From contig CBDCWG010000007.1 in the NCBI GenBank assembly GCA_965223345.1, forward strand, positions 256,001 to 320,000: a DNA stretch of 64,000 nucleotides. Direction: 5' to 3'. Shown here piece by piece: positions 52,820 through 63,520 of the stretch. The notes beneath the pieces were generated by a model. It searched no databases, was not told where the DNA came from, and saw nothing but the letters and a program-made list of their open reading frames with translations. The stretch's first letter is position 1, and every line of letters starts with the position of its first letter. The stretch comes from Nitrospinales bacterium. Lineage in GTDB: Bacteria > Nitrospinota > Nitrospinia > Nitrospinales > VA-1. The translations under genes and the position numbers were made by a program.

Positions 52820-55282
52820 TTGGCAAAGATTCGCATCAACAAACTGGCGCTTGAGCTGAACGTTCAAAACGATCAGATCATCGAGGCCCTGCATCAGAAG
52901 GACATCCCCGTCAAGAACTACATGAGTTCGATCGACGAGGCCACTTCCGATTACATCCGGGAACTGTTTGCGCCCAAACCGGCGGCGACGAAAAAAGTCA
53001 AAGCCAAGGCGAAGACCAAAGCCAAAGGGAAAACCGCATCCGGCAAACCCAAAGCGACGGTCACGACGGTTTCCAAAAAAACGGCAGCGGCGAAGACCAT
53101 CGCCATCAAGAAAGTGATGGCGGCCAAAAAAGCCGAAGAAGCCAAGGCCGCGGAAGAAGCCGCGAAGAAAAAAGCCGAAGTCGAAGAAAGAACCAAAAGA
53201 CTGGTCGCCGAAGCGGCCGCCAAAGAGAAGGCAAAGGCCAAGGCTGCAGAAAAACCCAAAATCGTCAAAGCCAAGCCCAAAACGACGGCAGACAAAACCA
53301 AAGCGAAAAAAGAGGCGGATGCCCAGGAAACCAAGGGACACAAAAAACTCGGGCTGAAAATCGTCAAGAAGGAAGAAAAACCGAAAGAAGCCGAGAAAAA
53401 AGCCAAACCCGCCGCCAAGGCGGAACCGGAAAAGGCCAAACCGAAAAAAGGCAAAGCCGCGGCCAAGGCCCCCGCCCCCGCTGCGAAGGAAGCGCCGGCG
53501 CCGGCAGCCGCGGGCGTTGCGGTCGAGGAAGAAACGTTCGAAACCGTTCAGCTTCCGCTCAGCATCCATGTGCGCGAGTTGAGCGAAAAACTGAAATGCT
53601 CGCCCAATGAAATCATCATGGACCTGATGTCGCTCGGAATCATGGCGACGATCAACCAGAGCCTCGATTTCGACGTGGCGAGCAAGGTCGCCGACAAGCG
53701 CGGCTTCGAGGTCGAAGCCCTCACTCCGGAAACGGAGCTGGATTTTGAGGAGGAAGAACAGGATGATCCTGCCGACCGGACGCACCGCTCCCCCATCGTC
53801 ACCATCATGGGGCATGTCGATCACGGCAAAACCTCGCTTCTGGACGCCATCCGCGAAACCAATCTGACCAAACACGAAGAAGGCGGCATCACCCAGCACA
53901 TCGGCGCTTACCAGGCCAAGGTCAAAGGCTCCGCCATCACGTTTCTCGACACGCCGGGACACGAAGCGTTCACGGCCATGCGCGCCCGCGGCGCCCAGGT
54001 CACCGACATCGTGGTGCTGGTGGTGGCGGCGGACGACGGCATCAAGCCGCAGACCAAGGAAGCCATCGACCACGCCAATGCGGCGGGCGTGCCGATCGTG
54101 GTCGCCATCAACAAGATCGACAAGCCCGACGCCAAGCCGGAAGAAGTGAAAAAGCAGCTCGCCGACCTGGAACTTCTGCCCGAGGAATGGGGCGGACAGA
54201 CGATTTTCACCGAAGTGTCCGCGCTGGCGAAAACCGGTATCGACAATCTTCTGGAAATGATCCTGCTGCAGGCGGAGATCATGGATCTCAAGGCCAACGC
54301 CAAGCTGCGCGCCAAAGGCGTCATCATCGAATCAAAGCTCGACAAGGGCCGCGGACCGGTGGCCACGCTGGTGGTGCAGACGGGAACGCTCCGGGTCAGC
54401 GATCCTTTCATCGTGGGCTGCTATTTCGGCAAAGTGCGAGCGCTGATCAACGATCACGGCAACAAGATTCAGAAAGCGCCGCCCTCGACGCCGGTGGAGG
54501 TGGTGGGTCTGCCGGAGGTACCGCAGCCCGGCGACAAATTCATCGTCGTCAACGACGAGAAAAAAGCCCGGCAGCTTTCGGCGCTCAGGCTGCAACAGCA
54601 GCGCGAATCGATCCTCGCGCAGACCTCGCGCGTCACCATGGACGATTTGCATCAGCAGATCGTCGAGGGCAAGATCCAGGAACTCAACCTGATCGTCAAA
54701 GCCGACGTGCAGGGCTCGATCCACGCGGTGGCGGAGGCGTTTTCCAAGCTGGAAACCAAGGAAGTCCGCATCAAGCTCATCCACGAAGCGGTGGGCGGGA
54801 TCACCGAATCGGACGTGCTGCTCTCCAGCGCATCCAATGCGATCATCATCGGTTTCAACGTCCGGCCCACGGAAAAAGCCTCGCAACTGGCGATGCGGGA
54901 ACAGGTGGACATCCGTCTGTACAGCATCATCTACGATGCGATCGAGGACATGAAAAAGGCGCTGGACGGCATGCTCGCGCCCAAGTTCAAGGAAACCGTG
55001 CTGGGACGCGCGGAAGTGCGGCAGGTCTTCACCATCCCCAAAGTCGGTTCCATCGCGGGCTGCCAGGTCACCTCCGGAAAGATCGAGCGCAACAGCGAAG
55101 CGCGGCTGATCCGCGACAATGTCGTGATCTACCAGGGGAAAATCAATTCCCTCCGGCGCTTCAAAGAGGATGTGAAGGAAGTGCCCTCGGGATACGAATG
55201 CGGTCTGTCGCTGGAGAAATACCAGGATCTGAAATCGGGAGACATCGTCGAACCTTTCGTCCTTGAAGAGGTCGCGCCGTAA
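52820..55282 (+). CDS. infB: Translation initiation factor IF-2
   Basis: TTG start after SD aaggag; MGHVDHGKTSLLD, GGITQHIG, DTPGHEAF, NKID, KADVQGS. Confidence 0.98.
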   Translation: MAKIRINKLALELNVQNDQIIEALHQKDIPVKNYMSSIDEATSDYIRELFAPKPAATKKVKAKAKTKAKGKTASGKPKATVTTVSKKTAAAKTIAIKKVMAAKKAEEAKAAEEAAKKKAEVEERTKRLVAEAAAKEKAKAKAAEKPKIVKAKPKTTADKTKAKKEADAQETKGHKKLGLKIVKKEEKPKEAEKKAKPAAKAEPEKAKPKKGKAAAKAPAPAAKEAPAPAAAGVAVEEETFETVQLPLSIHVRELSEKLKCSPNEIIMDLMSLGIMATINQSLDFDVASKVADKRGFEVEALTPETELDFEEEEQDDPADRTHRSPIVTIMGHVDHGKTSLLDAIRETNLTKHEEGGITQHIGAYQAKVKGSAITFLDTPGHEAFTAMRARGAQVTDIVVLVVAADDGIKPQTKEAIDHANAAGVPIVVAINKIDKPDAKPEEVKKQLADLELLPEEWGGQTIFTEVSALAKTGIDNLLEMILLQAEIMDLKANAKLRAKGVIIESKLDKGRGPVATLVVQTGTLRVSDPFIVGCYFGKVRALINDHGNKIQKAPPSTPVEVVGLPEVPQPGDKFIVVNDEKKARQLSALRLQQQRESILAQTSRVTMDDLHQQIVEGKIQELNLIVKADVQGSIHAVAEAFSKLETKEVRIKLIHEAVGGITESDVLLSSASNAIIIGFNVRPTEKASQLAMREQVDIRLYSIIYDAIEDMKKALDGMLAPKFKETVLGRAEVRQVFTIPKVGSIAGCQVTSGKIERNSEARLIRDNVVIYQGKINSLRRFKEDVKEVPSGYECGLSLEKYQDLKSGDIVEPFVLEEVAP

Positions 55283-55283
55283 C

Positions 55284-55607
55284 ATGGCTGGAACGGATTT
55301 TCCCATGAAAGTGGGTTGTTGCTCGCTGAAATTTTTTCTGCACGGCAACGATTCCTTGAAGGAAAAGCGGCGCATCACCAAATCGATCAAGGACCGGGTG
55401 AAAAACAAGTTCAATATTTCCATCGCCGAGATCGGCGATCAGGACGTCTGGCAGAACCTGCATCTGGGAATCGTCGCGGTGGGCTCGGACCTCAAGTATC
55501 TGGACGGGCTGATGAGCCAGGTGGTGAACGCCATCGACCGGATGCACCTTGCGGAAATGACCGACTGCCAGATCAAAACCCTGCATCTGGGTCCGATGGA
55601 CTCCTGA
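55284..55607 (+). CDS. DUF503 (YlxP) family protein
   Basis: SLKEKR...S......KFNISIAE...QD; conserved position between infB and rbfA. The start could be 55305. Confidence 0.9.
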   Translation: MAGTDFPMKVGCCSLKFFLHGNDSLKEKRRITKSIKDRVKNKFNISIAEIGDQDVWQNLHLGIVAVGSDLKYLDGLMSQVVNAIDRMHLAEMTDCQIKTLHLGPMDS

Positions 55608-55631
55608 TACCGGGACGAGGCTGCGTGTGCG

Positions 55632-55976
55632 ATGCGTTTCAAACGATCTCAACGGATTCAGGAACTGCTGCTGGAGGAGATTTCCAAGCTGATCCAGCAC
55701 GGCCTGAAAGATCCCCGCATCGGCTTCGCCACCATCACCCACGTGGATGTGAGCGACAATCTCAAACACGCCAACGTGTACGTGAGCGTCATGGGTGAGG
55801 AAAAAGAAAAGGAAGACACCCTGGCCGCTTTGAAAAGCGCGCGGGGATTCATCAGAAACTCTCTGGGGAAAAACCTGTATTTGAAAGCCATTCCCGAGCT
55901 GGATTTCAAACGCGACGACACCCAGAACAATGTGGATAGAATCACCAAGATCCTCAAGGATTTGCACCTTGAATGA
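55632..55976 (+). CDS. rbfA: 30S ribosome-binding factor RbfA
   Basis: LKDPRIG..TIT.V.VS.NL..A.VY, A.GFIR, PEL.F..D. Confidence 0.96.
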   Translation: MRFKRSQRIQELLLEEISKLIQHGLKDPRIGFATITHVDVSDNLKHANVYVSVMGEEKEKEDTLAALKSARGFIRNSLGKNLYLKAIPELDFKRDDTQNNVDRITKILKDLHLE

Positions 55977-56982
55977 CACGCAATCGGTTGCAGAGAACGT
56001 AAACAACGCAGCCGGGGACAACCCAGGTCGGGAAAACAACGGCACCCTGAACCGGATCGTCAACCTGTACAAACCGCAAGGTCCCACCTCCTTCGACATG
56101 GTGCAGGCGGTCAAAAACACCGTGGGGGCGAAAAAGGCCGGGCATATCGGAACCCTGGATCCGCTGGCCGAAGGCGTGCTGCCCATCTGCCTCAACCGCT
56201 CCACCCGCATCATTCAGTTTCTTTCCTCGCTGCCGAAAGCGTACCGGGCCCGGCTGGTGCTGGGAACCTCCACGGACACGCAGGACGCCTCCGGCACGGT
56301 CGTCGGCACGGGGCCGACGGACGGCATCACCGAAGAGGCGGTGCGGCGGGTGCTGGCCGGGTTCACGGGTCCGCAGAAACAGGTGCCGCCCATGTTTTCG
56401 GCCAAAAAGCGCAAAGGAATTCCTCTTTACAAATTGGCCAGAAATGGTATTACTATCGAAAGAAAACCAGCAAATATAACGATATTTGCTATTGAATTCA
56501 TCAAGAAGGAAGGCGACCGGGTCGAATTCGAAGTTCATTGTTCGGCAGGAACCTACGTCAGAACGCTTTGCCACGATATCGGGACGAAGCTGGGCACCCA
56601 CGCCCACATGGAACACCTGATCCGCACCCGGGTCGGGGATTTCGATCTGACCGGCTCGGTCACCCTTGAAGCCTTGAAAGCCGCGGTTTCGAACGGAAGC
56701 CTGTCTGAAACGCTGGTCCCTCAGGAAAAAGCTCTCCATTTTCTTCCGGAAATCCGCATCAAAAAAGATTTTGCCGGTTCCATCGCCCACGGCGTTGCAC
56801 CCTGCAAATCTTCCCTGGAAAGCGATACCATTCCAGGGGTGTTTCGTCCGGGAATGAATCTCAGGCTTTCCAACGGCAACCATCGCCTGCTGGCGATTGT
56901 GGAACCGGTTGTGGATCAGGACGCGTATTCGACCCTGGGGCCCAACGACATCGCGTTCAAACTGAAACGGGTGCTGGATTGA
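55969..56982 (+). CDS. truB: tRNA pseudouridine(55) synthase (start approximate)
   Basis: KP.G.TS, GHIGTLDPLAEGVL, TDTQD, QVPPMFSA.K..G..LY.LAR, CSAGTYVR. Confidence 0.96.
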   Translation: MNDTQSVAENVNNAAGDNPGRENNGTLNRIVNLYKPQGPTSFDMVQAVKNTVGAKKAGHIGTLDPLAEGVLPICLNRSTRIIQFLSSLPKAYRARLVLGTSTDTQDASGTVVGTGPTDGITEEAVRRVLAGFTGPQKQVPPMFSAKKRKGIPLYKLARNGITIERKPANITIFAIEFIKKEGDRVEFEVHCSAGTYVRTLCHDIGTKLGTHAHMEHLIRTRVGDFDLTGSVTLEALKAAVSNGSLSETLVPQEKALHFLPEIRIKKDFAGSIAHGVAPCKSSLESDTIPGVFRPGMNLRLSNGNHRLLAIVEPVVDQDAYSTLGPNDIAFKLKRVLD

Positions 56983-57129
56983 ATTTTTTTTTATTTGATC
57001 GATACCGATCCGCATTTCGCCGTAAAATGATCGGGCGTCTGCATGCGGATCTTATAATAGTGACCCACTTTATGAACCACATCGCTGAAAGAAGACGGTT
57101 GGAATGTTTTCGCAGGGAAGCTCTTGCTC

Positions 57130-57231
57130 TCACGCCCGCGCATTCACCAGGCCGGGTCCGCCCGAGCTGGTCTGCGAAAACATTCGCCAATCCTCTCTCA
57201 GCACCGGACTCCATCTTGGGAGGATGAGACG
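57130..57231 (+). promoter_or_regulatory. Putative structured rpsO leader
   Basis: atcctctc (57190-57197) can pair with gggaggat (57218-57225), covering the SD; there is also an upstream ccag...ctgg stem. Confidence 0.4.
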
Positions 57232-57501
57232 ATGGCTTTAAAAAAGGAAGAGAAATCTTCAATCATTTCGGATTACAAACTGCACGAAAAGGACACGGGT
57301 TCCGCCGAAGTCCAGATTGCCCTTCTTACCAAACGCATCAACGACCTTACCGAACATTTCAAAACCCACGCCAAGGACCATCACTCGCGGCGCGGGTTGC
57401 TCAAACTCGTCAGCCAGAGGCGCAAACTCCTCGATCACCTCAAAGAAGAGGACGCGAGACGCTACCAGGAAATCATCGCGCAACTGGGTATCCGACGATA
57501 A
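57232..57501 (+). CDS. rpsO: 30S ribosomal protein S15
   Basis: [28 protein letters not shown]; 89 aa. Confidence 0.98.
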   Translation: MALKKEEKSSIISDYKLHEKDTGSAEVQIALLTKRINDLTEHFKTHAKDHHSRRGLLKLVSQRRKLLDHLKEEDARRYQEIIAQLGIRR

Positions 57502-57523
57502 CTAAGGAACTGGAGAAGAATTA

Positions 57524-59620
57524 ATGGAAAAAGTAGAAATCGATATAGACGGGAAAGTAATATCTATTGAAGCTGGAGACCTCGCCCGGCAAGCCGGGGG
57601 CGCGGTGGTGATCCGCCAGGGAGACTCGATGGTTCTGGTGACCGCCACGATGGCCAAGCAGGCCAAGGAGAATCAGGATTTTTTCCCTCTCACGGTGGAC
57701 TACCGCGAGCGCACCTACGCCGCGGGGAAAATCCCGGGCAGCTTTTTCAAACGGGAAGCCCGTCCCGGAGAAATCGAAACGCTGACCTGCAGACTGATCG
57801 ACCGGCCGATCCGGCCGTTGTTTCCCAAGGCGTTCTTGAATGAGACCCAGGTCATCTGCCTGGTCATCTCGCACGATCAGGTCAACCCGACCGACGTGGT
57901 CGCCATCACCGGGGCCTCAGCGGCGCTGATGATCTCGGACATCCCCTTCACCACGCCCATCGCCGGCGCGCGCGTCGGCCGCATCAACGGCAACTTCGTG
58001 TTCAACCCGACCTACGAAGAATCCGCCGACAGCGATCTCAACCTCGTGATGGCGGGCACGGCCGACGGCATCGTCATGGTGGAAGCGGGCGCCAAGGAGA
58101 TGAGCGAGGAAACGATGATGAACGCGCTGGAGTTCGGACACGAGCGCATCAAAAAGATCATCGAAATTCAGGAAAAATTGCACAGCCTGCTGAACAAGGA
58201 AAAAGTGGCGGTGGAAAGCGTGGAGCCGGACGAAGCGCTGAAATCCAAGACGGACAGCCTGGTGCGGGATAAGCTGGAAGCGGCGATGACCATTCCCGGC
58301 AAGCAGGAACGCACCGACACCATCAAAGCCATCAAGGAATCGCTGATGGCGGAGGCCAACCCCGAAGAGGACGAAGACATCAAACGCGATCTGGGCAGCA
58401 TCTACAACAGCCTGGAAAAAGAGGTGGTGCGCAACCTCATCCTGGACAAGGGATACCGTGTGGACGGCCGCGGCCTCAAGGACATCCGGCCCATCAGCAT
58501 CCAGGTGGGATACGTGCCGCGGACGCACGGCTCGGCGATTTTCACGCGCGGCGAGACGCAGGCGCTGGTGACCACCACGCTGGGCACCTCGATCGACGAG
58601 CAGAGGATGGACAGCCTGGAGTTCAAGGGCAACAAGTCGTTTCTGTTGCATTACAATTTTCCCGCGTTCTGCACCGGCGAAGTCAAGTTCATCGCCGGGC
58701 CGGGCCGCCGGGAGATCGGACACGGCATGCTCGCGGAACGCTCCCTGATTCCGGTCCTGCCCTCCAAAGACGACTTCCCCTACACCATCCGCATCGTTTC
58801 CGAAATTTTAGAATCCAACGGTTCCTCTTCCATGGCCTCGGTGTGCGGCGGCGCGCTGGCGCTGATGGATGCGGGCGTGCCGATCAAGGAATCGGTCGCG
58901 GGCATCGCCATGGGCCTGATCAAAGAAGGCGACCGCATTGCCATCCTGTCGGACATCCTGGGCAGCGAGGACCATCTGGGAGACATGGATTTCAAGGTGG
59001 CCGGCACGAAAAACGGCATCACCGCGCTGCAGATGGACATCAAGATAGGCGGCCTGGACAAGCAGCTCATGTCCACGGCGCTGGAGCAGGCGCGCGAAGG
59101 CCGCATGCACATTCTCGGCGAGATGGCCAAGGTGCTGGAGACGCCGCGCACGGAGATGTCGGCGTACGCACCGCGCATCATCACCATGACGGTGCCGAAG
59201 GACAAGATCCGCGACATCATCGGACCGGGCGGCAAGGTCATCCGCGAGATCATCGACAAAACCGGCGTCACCATCGACATCAACGACGACGGGGTCGTTT
59301 CGATCGCGTCTGCGGACGAGATGGCGGCGAACGACGCCATCAACTTTGTCGAAAGCCTCATCCAGGAAGTGGAAGTCGGCAAGATCTATCTCGGCAAGGT
59401 CAAGAAGATCGTCGATTTCGGCGCCTTCGTGGAGATCCTGCCGGGCACCGACGGGCTGGTTCACATCTCGCAGATCTGCGACCGGCGCATCAAGAGCGTG
59501 TCCGACGAGATTCAGGAAGGCGACGAGATCAAGGTCAAGGTGATCGACGTCGATTCCCAGGGCAAGGTGAAGCTCAGCCGCAAGGAGGCCCTGCGTCACG
59601 AAGCGGGCGTCGCGACCTGA
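57524..59620 (+). CDS. pnp: Polyribonucleotide nucleotidyltransferase
   Basis: [54 protein letters not shown] and S1 domains. Confidence 0.98.
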   Translation: MEKVEIDIDGKVISIEAGDLARQAGGAVVIRQGDSMVLVTATMAKQAKENQDFFPLTVDYRERTYAAGKIPGSFFKREARPGEIETLTCRLIDRPIRPLFPKAFLNETQVICLVISHDQVNPTDVVAITGASAALMISDIPFTTPIAGARVGRINGNFVFNPTYEESADSDLNLVMAGTADGIVMVEAGAKEMSEETMMNALEFGHERIKKIIEIQEKLHSLLNKEKVAVESVEPDEALKSKTDSLVRDKLEAAMTIPGKQERTDTIKAIKESLMAEANPEEDEDIKRDLGSIYNSLEKEVVRNLILDKGYRVDGRGLKDIRPISIQVGYVPRTHGSAIFTRGETQALVTTTLGTSIDEQRMDSLEFKGNKSFLLHYNFPAFCTGEVKFIAGPGRREIGHGMLAERSLIPVLPSKDDFPYTIRIVSEILESNGSSSMASVCGGALALMDAGVPIKESVAGIAMGLIKEGDRIAILSDILGSEDHLGDMDFKVAGTKNGITALQMDIKIGGLDKQLMSTALEQAREGRMHILGEMAKVLETPRTEMSAYAPRIITMTVPKDKIRDIIGPGGKVIREIIDKTGVTIDINDDGVVSIASADEMAANDAINFVESLIQEVEVGKIYLGKVKKIVDFGAFVEILPGTDGLVHISQICDRRIKSVSDEIQEGDEIKVKVIDVDSQGKVKLSRKEALRHEAGVAT

Positions 59621-59652
59621 TGGCTCTAAACCGGTAAAACCACACTTGCACA

Positions 59653-59704
59653 GCCGGCAACGGCGGACTTTTCATACGGGTCCCGCTGTTGCCGGTTTTT
59701 TTTT
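59653..59704 (+). terminator. Rho-independent terminator after pnp
   Basis: gccggcaacggcgg...ccgctgttgccggt followed by a T run. Confidence 0.85.
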
Positions 59705-59712
59705 GCGCTGAG

Positions 59713-59796
59713 CTGTCATGCTGAGCCTGTCGAAGCATGGACCTGTCGCCCTTCGACAGAGCTTGCCTGAGCTTGTAGAAGGACTCGGGGTGACAG
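59713..59796. repeat. REP-like composite palindromic element
   Basis: ctgtcatgctgagcctgtcgaagcat...cccttcgacag...ctgagcttgtagaaggactcggggtgacag, between the convergent pnp and surE genes. Confidence 0.65.
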
Positions 59797-59800
59797 GATA

Positions 59801-60556
59801 TTAAAGCTGAATGTCCCATTCCTTCAGACCCTCGATGGTCTTGAAATGGGTGAGGTCGTAGTGGATGGGGGTGATGGCGATGTGGTTTTTGGAGACCATT
59901 TCGCAGTCGGTCTCATCGTCCACCTCGTCGAAGCGCATCTCGCCGGCCAGCCAGTAGTAGGTGTTGTTGCGCGGATCGACGCGCTTGTCGAAGGTCTCGA
60001 TCACCCGGGATTTCCCCTGGCGCGTGATCGCCACGCCCGCAAGCTGCTCTTTGGGTACCGCCGGGACGTTGATGTTGAGCGACACGCCCTCGGGCAGCCC
60101 TTTCTTCAAAACCGTGGGCACCAGCTTGCGGATGAACTCGGCGGCGGGGGTGAAGTCGGGATCCACGAAGGTGTCCAGAGACACGGCGATGGCGGTGACC
60201 CCCATGATCGAGGCCTCGGTGGCGGCGGAGACCGTGCCGGAGTATATGACGCAGGTTCCCAGGTTGCCGCCCAGGTTGATGCCGGAGATCACCAGCTCCG
60301 GCGGTTCGTCGAGCAGCACGGTGATGGCGATTTTCATGCAGTCGGCGGGGGTGCCGTTGACCGCATAGCCGATGAACTCGCCGTTTTCCACCACCTTGCG
60401 GGTCTTGAGCGGACTGGACAGGGTGATGGCGTGCCCGACGGCGCTCTGCTCGGTTTCCGGCGCCACCACCATCACGTCGGCGATCTTGGCGATCTCGCGG
60501 CGCAGCGTGCGCAGGCCGGGGGCGTTGATGCCGTCGTCATTGGATAGAATGATCAT
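59801..60556 (-). CDS. surE: 5'/3'-nucleotidase SurE
   Basis: MIILSNDDGINAPG, VAP..EQSAVGHAITL, GTPADC, SGIN.G.N, YSGTVSAA.E. Confidence 0.97.
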   Translation of the reverse strand: MIILSNDDGINAPGLRTLRREIAKIADVMVVAPETEQSAVGHAITLSSPLKTRKVVENGEFIGYAVNGTPADCMKIAITVLLDEPPELVISGINLGGNLGTCVIYSGTVSAATEASIMGVTAIAVSLDTFVDPDFTPAAEFIRKLVPTVLKKGLPEGVSLNINVPAVPKEQLAGVAITRQGKSRVIETFDKRVDPRNNTYYWLAGEMRFDEVDDETDCEMVSKNHIAITPIHYDLTHFKTIEGLKEWDIQL

Positions 60557-60656
60557 ATGAATACCGGGTCCCGCCCGGTGGCAAGAAGTTGCAGCGTATG
60601 AGAACGCTCCCGTCATCCGGCATGCCTGAAACATCCGGAATCCCCAGCGTCCGCGC

Positions 60657-60694
60657 AAAAAAACGGGCGGACCGGGATGGACCCGGTTCCGCCC
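60657..60694 (-). terminator. Rho-independent terminator after the peroxiredoxin gene
   Basis: Minus strand: gggcggaaccggg-tccat-cccggtccgccc followed by gttttttt. Confidence 0.8.
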
Positions 60695-60755
60695 TGAATT
60701 CCTCAGTTTATCGAGGAAATCGAGGCTGAGTGGAAGGCGGATTGCGCCCCCGCAC

Positions 60756-61343
60756 TCAGTTGTGCTTGGAAAAATACTCCTTGGAGCCTTTCGGGTCCGC
60801 TTTCATGCCGTCGGAGCCATCCTGCCAGTTCGCGGGGCAGACTTCGCCGTTTTTCTCATGGAACTGCAGCGCATCGACCATGCGCAGCGCTTCGTCGATG
60901 TTGCGGCCCAGGGGCAGGTTGTTGATCAACTGGTGCTGGACGATGCCGTCCTTGTCGATCAGGAACAAGGCGCGGAACGCCACGCCGATGTCGGCGAGCA
61001 CGTCGTAATCCTGGCTGATCTGCTTGGTCACATCCCCCACCAGCGGGTACTGGATCTCTCCCAGGCCGCCTTCCTTGCGGTCGGTGTTCCTCCAGGCCAG
61101 ATGCGAGAATTTGCTGTCGATGGAAACGCCGATGATCTCGGTGTTGCGCTTTTTGAAGTCCTGCGCTTTGGTGCTGAACGCGATGATCTCGGTGGGGCAC
61201 ACAAAGGTGAAATCCAGAGGATAGAAGAACAGGATGACATACTTGCCCCGATAGTCGGAAAGCTTGATCTGCTTGAACGATCCGTCGGGCATCACTGCAT
61301 CCGCAGTGAAATCGGGCGCAGGTTTGGATACTAAATTGGGCAT
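60756..61343 (-). CDS. ahpC: Typical 2-Cys peroxiredoxin (AhpC/Prx1)
   Basis: [29 protein letters not shown]. Confidence 0.95.
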   Translation of the reverse strand: MPNLVSKPAPDFTADAVMPDGSFKQIKLSDYRGKYVILFFYPLDFTFVCPTEIIAFSTKAQDFKKRNTEIIGVSIDSKFSHLAWRNTDRKEGGLGEIQYPLVGDVTKQISQDYDVLADIGVAFRALFLIDKDGIVQHQLINNLPLGRNIDEALRMVDALQFHEKNGEVCPANWQDGSDGMKADPKGSKEYFSKHN

Positions 61344-61471
61344 ATTCAACACTCCTAGTGAATAACAGTTGGTTTGGAAAGGCCTTAATCTACCATAAAA
61401 AACACCGGATATTCAATCGACTCCTCAACCGAAGGCCCTGGTTGCCAGCAAAGCTCGGCGTGTTTCAGGGT

Positions 61472-61514
61472 AAAAAAGAGCCCAGGGATTTTTTGCTCAC
61501 CCTGGGCTCTTCTT
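61472..61514 (-). terminator. Rho-independent (possibly bidirectional) terminator
   Basis: 12-bp stem aagagcccaggg...ccctgggctctt with a flanking A run. Confidence 0.75.
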
Positions 61515-61633
61515 CCAGCCCCCCTCTGCCTGGCTTTGAGCACCGGGAATGTTCAGCAGCCACGGATTTCAAGGGGTTCTGGAGTGCATGCGCCGGGATT
61601 CGCAGGGAACCCGGCCCTATATCAGATTGTTCG

Positions 61634-62140
61634 CTACTTCACGTCCACCGTCATGATGATGAACGGCTTGTTGAGCTTGCTTCCCTGATGCGGCTCCACA
61701 TAGGTGCCATCGTAGTAATACCATTGCAGCGGTTCCATTTTTCCCAATTCCCTGGGATGGCGCGGCAGCTTCGACGGATCGAGGCCACTTTCGATCAATT
61801 TTGCCGGATTGATGTAGTAAACCACATCCTCGTGCGTGCTTTCGGGGTTTTGGGAGAAGTGGATCATGTTGTGCTTGGTCACGGTTTCCAGCATGCACAT
61901 CTCCCCGCTCGCCCGGGTCGCATCGATGGGCTTCATTTTTGAGTCCGGGGTCAGGATATTGGCGATCACGTTGATTTCTTTTTTTGCATTGCCCTGCAGC
62001 TTCAAAACCGGACCGAACTCCTGCTTAATTCTTTCAAGCTCTTTTTCCGCGTCTGCACCTGCCCACGCACTGTTTCCCAGGAAGAAAAACAACAGGACAA
62101 ACGCCGCAAACCCTCTTTTCACTCTTTTTTCACTGCTCAT
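61634..62140 (-). CDS. Hypothetical exported protein
   Basis: SD gagg; signal peptide ending AWA; HFSQNP..T.EDVVY, WYYYDG..VEPH.G. Confidence 0.75.
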   Translation of the reverse strand: MSSEKRVKRGFAAFVLLFFFLGNSAWAGADAEKELERIKQEFGPVLKLQGNAKKEINVIANILTPDSKMKPIDATRASGEMCMLETVTKHNMIHFSQNPESTHEDVVYYINPAKLIESGLDPSKLPRHPRELGKMEPLQWYYYDGTYVEPHQGSKLNKPFIIMTVDVK

Positions 62141-62619
62141 GGTTCACCTCTGAATCCGAAATGGGCTGTCCCCATTGGGGTGGCTGATTTCCCCGGCCAC
62201 CGAGGACCGGGTTTTATCTATTGGGAAGATTTTAAGGAAGGCTGCGGAGAAAAAGTATCCCGGATCCTGTGATTTGCGGGTCAATTTTTATTGATTTCCT
62301 TATCGATATTATTCGATAAGGGGACATCCAATGCCTGACCTTAAAGGGCAAGCAATGTCTTCGACAACCCTTTCATCGGCAACGAGGCCCCAACTACGAA
62401 CCGTAAAATCAATCCGTTTGCTGGCAGTCACCTGAGAGCTCGATTGCGAGCAACCCCGCCTGTGGATTTTTTCAATCGAGTGCCTCTGTCCAATGTGCGT
62501 GTGGCGTGGGGTTTCTTGACAGGTATCGAGCCGCCTTTTAGAATGAAAGGGTTCTCTTGATTTTGAACGTTTCCTGGGAACTCCTTGTTCCGTCATCAGT
62601 CCGGCCTTCACGAGACCCT

Positions 62620-63513
62620 ATGGATTCACATATTGTGCAAAAACGGCTGAAAATCGCCATCTTCCTGACATTCCTGATTTTCTGCTTTGAGGCGGCGGGC
62701 GGCTGGATCGCCGGCAGTCTGGCGCTCCTCAGCGACGCGGGCCATATGTTCAGCGACGTGTTCGCCCTGTGCCTGAGCTGGGCGGCGCTCAGGATATCCA
62801 CCCTGCCCTCGACATCGACCAAAACCTACGGCTACCATCGGCTGGAGATCTTCGCCGCGCTGATCAACGGGCTTTTGCTGCTCGGTATGGCGGGCACGAT
62901 TCTGTTCGAGGCGTTCGAGCGCTTTCAGAATCCGCAGGAGGTGCAAACCGGTCTCGTCCTTTTGGTGGGCGGCATCGGGCTCATCACCAATCTGGCGGTG
63001 ATCTATTTTCTCCGGGAACCGGGGCTGCATTCGGGGGACCTCAATGTGAAGAGCGCGCTCTACCATGTGCTGGGCGACACGCTGGCCTCGGTCGGGGTGA
63101 TCATCGGTGCCGGGGTGATGTGGGCGACGGGCTGGTACTGGGTGGATGCGCTGGTGGGCGCCGCGATTGCGCTGCTGCTGATCTGGGGCGCCAAGAACAT
63201 CCTGTCCGATTCGGTGCACATTCTGCTCGAAGGCGTCCCCAAGGGCATCTCGGTGTCGGAAGTCAAACGCGAACTGACGTCGATCCCGGCGGTCCAGAAC
63301 ATTCACGAACTGCACATCTGGTGCATCTGCTCCAACATCTACGCGCTCAGCACGCACGCGCTGGTGGGGGACGCCAAAGCCAACCCGTCGGAAGGGCTGC
63401 TGCGCGAGATGCAGGATCTTCTGCGCACCAAGTTCAACATCACCCACACCACCATTCAGTTCGAATCCATTCCCTGCCGCCAGGGCGAAGTCCTGTGCGA
63501 CATGAACCACTGA
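62620..63513 (+). CDS. Cation diffusion facilitator (CzcD/ZitB-type Zn/Co/Cd exporter)
   Basis: SLALLSDAGHMFSD, TYGYHRLE..AALING, HVLGD, HELHIW, HTTIQFE. Confidence 0.93.
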   Translation: MDSHIVQKRLKIAIFLTFLIFCFEAAGGWIAGSLALLSDAGHMFSDVFALCLSWAALRISTLPSTSTKTYGYHRLEIFAALINGLLLLGMAGTILFEAFERFQNPQEVQTGLVLLVGGIGLITNLAVIYFLREPGLHSGDLNVKSALYHVLGDTLASVGVIIGAGVMWATGWYWVDALVGAAIALLLIWGAKNILSDSVHILLEGVPKGISVSEVKRELTSIPAVQNIHELHIWCICSNIYALSTHALVGDAKANPSEGLLREMQDLLRTKFNITHTTIQFESIPCRQGEVLCDMNH

Positions 63514-63520
63514 CCGGGCC

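Noticed and set aside
52330..53520. Glu-rich NusA linker and Lys/Ala-rich IF-2 N-terminus as repeats or insertions
   Set aside because: These are low-complexity protein regions common in these factors, not DNA repeat elements.
62160..62620. Small ORFs or a metal-sensing RNA upstream of the CDF transporter
   Set aside because: No recognisable protein or riboswitch motif; most simply a divergent promoter region.
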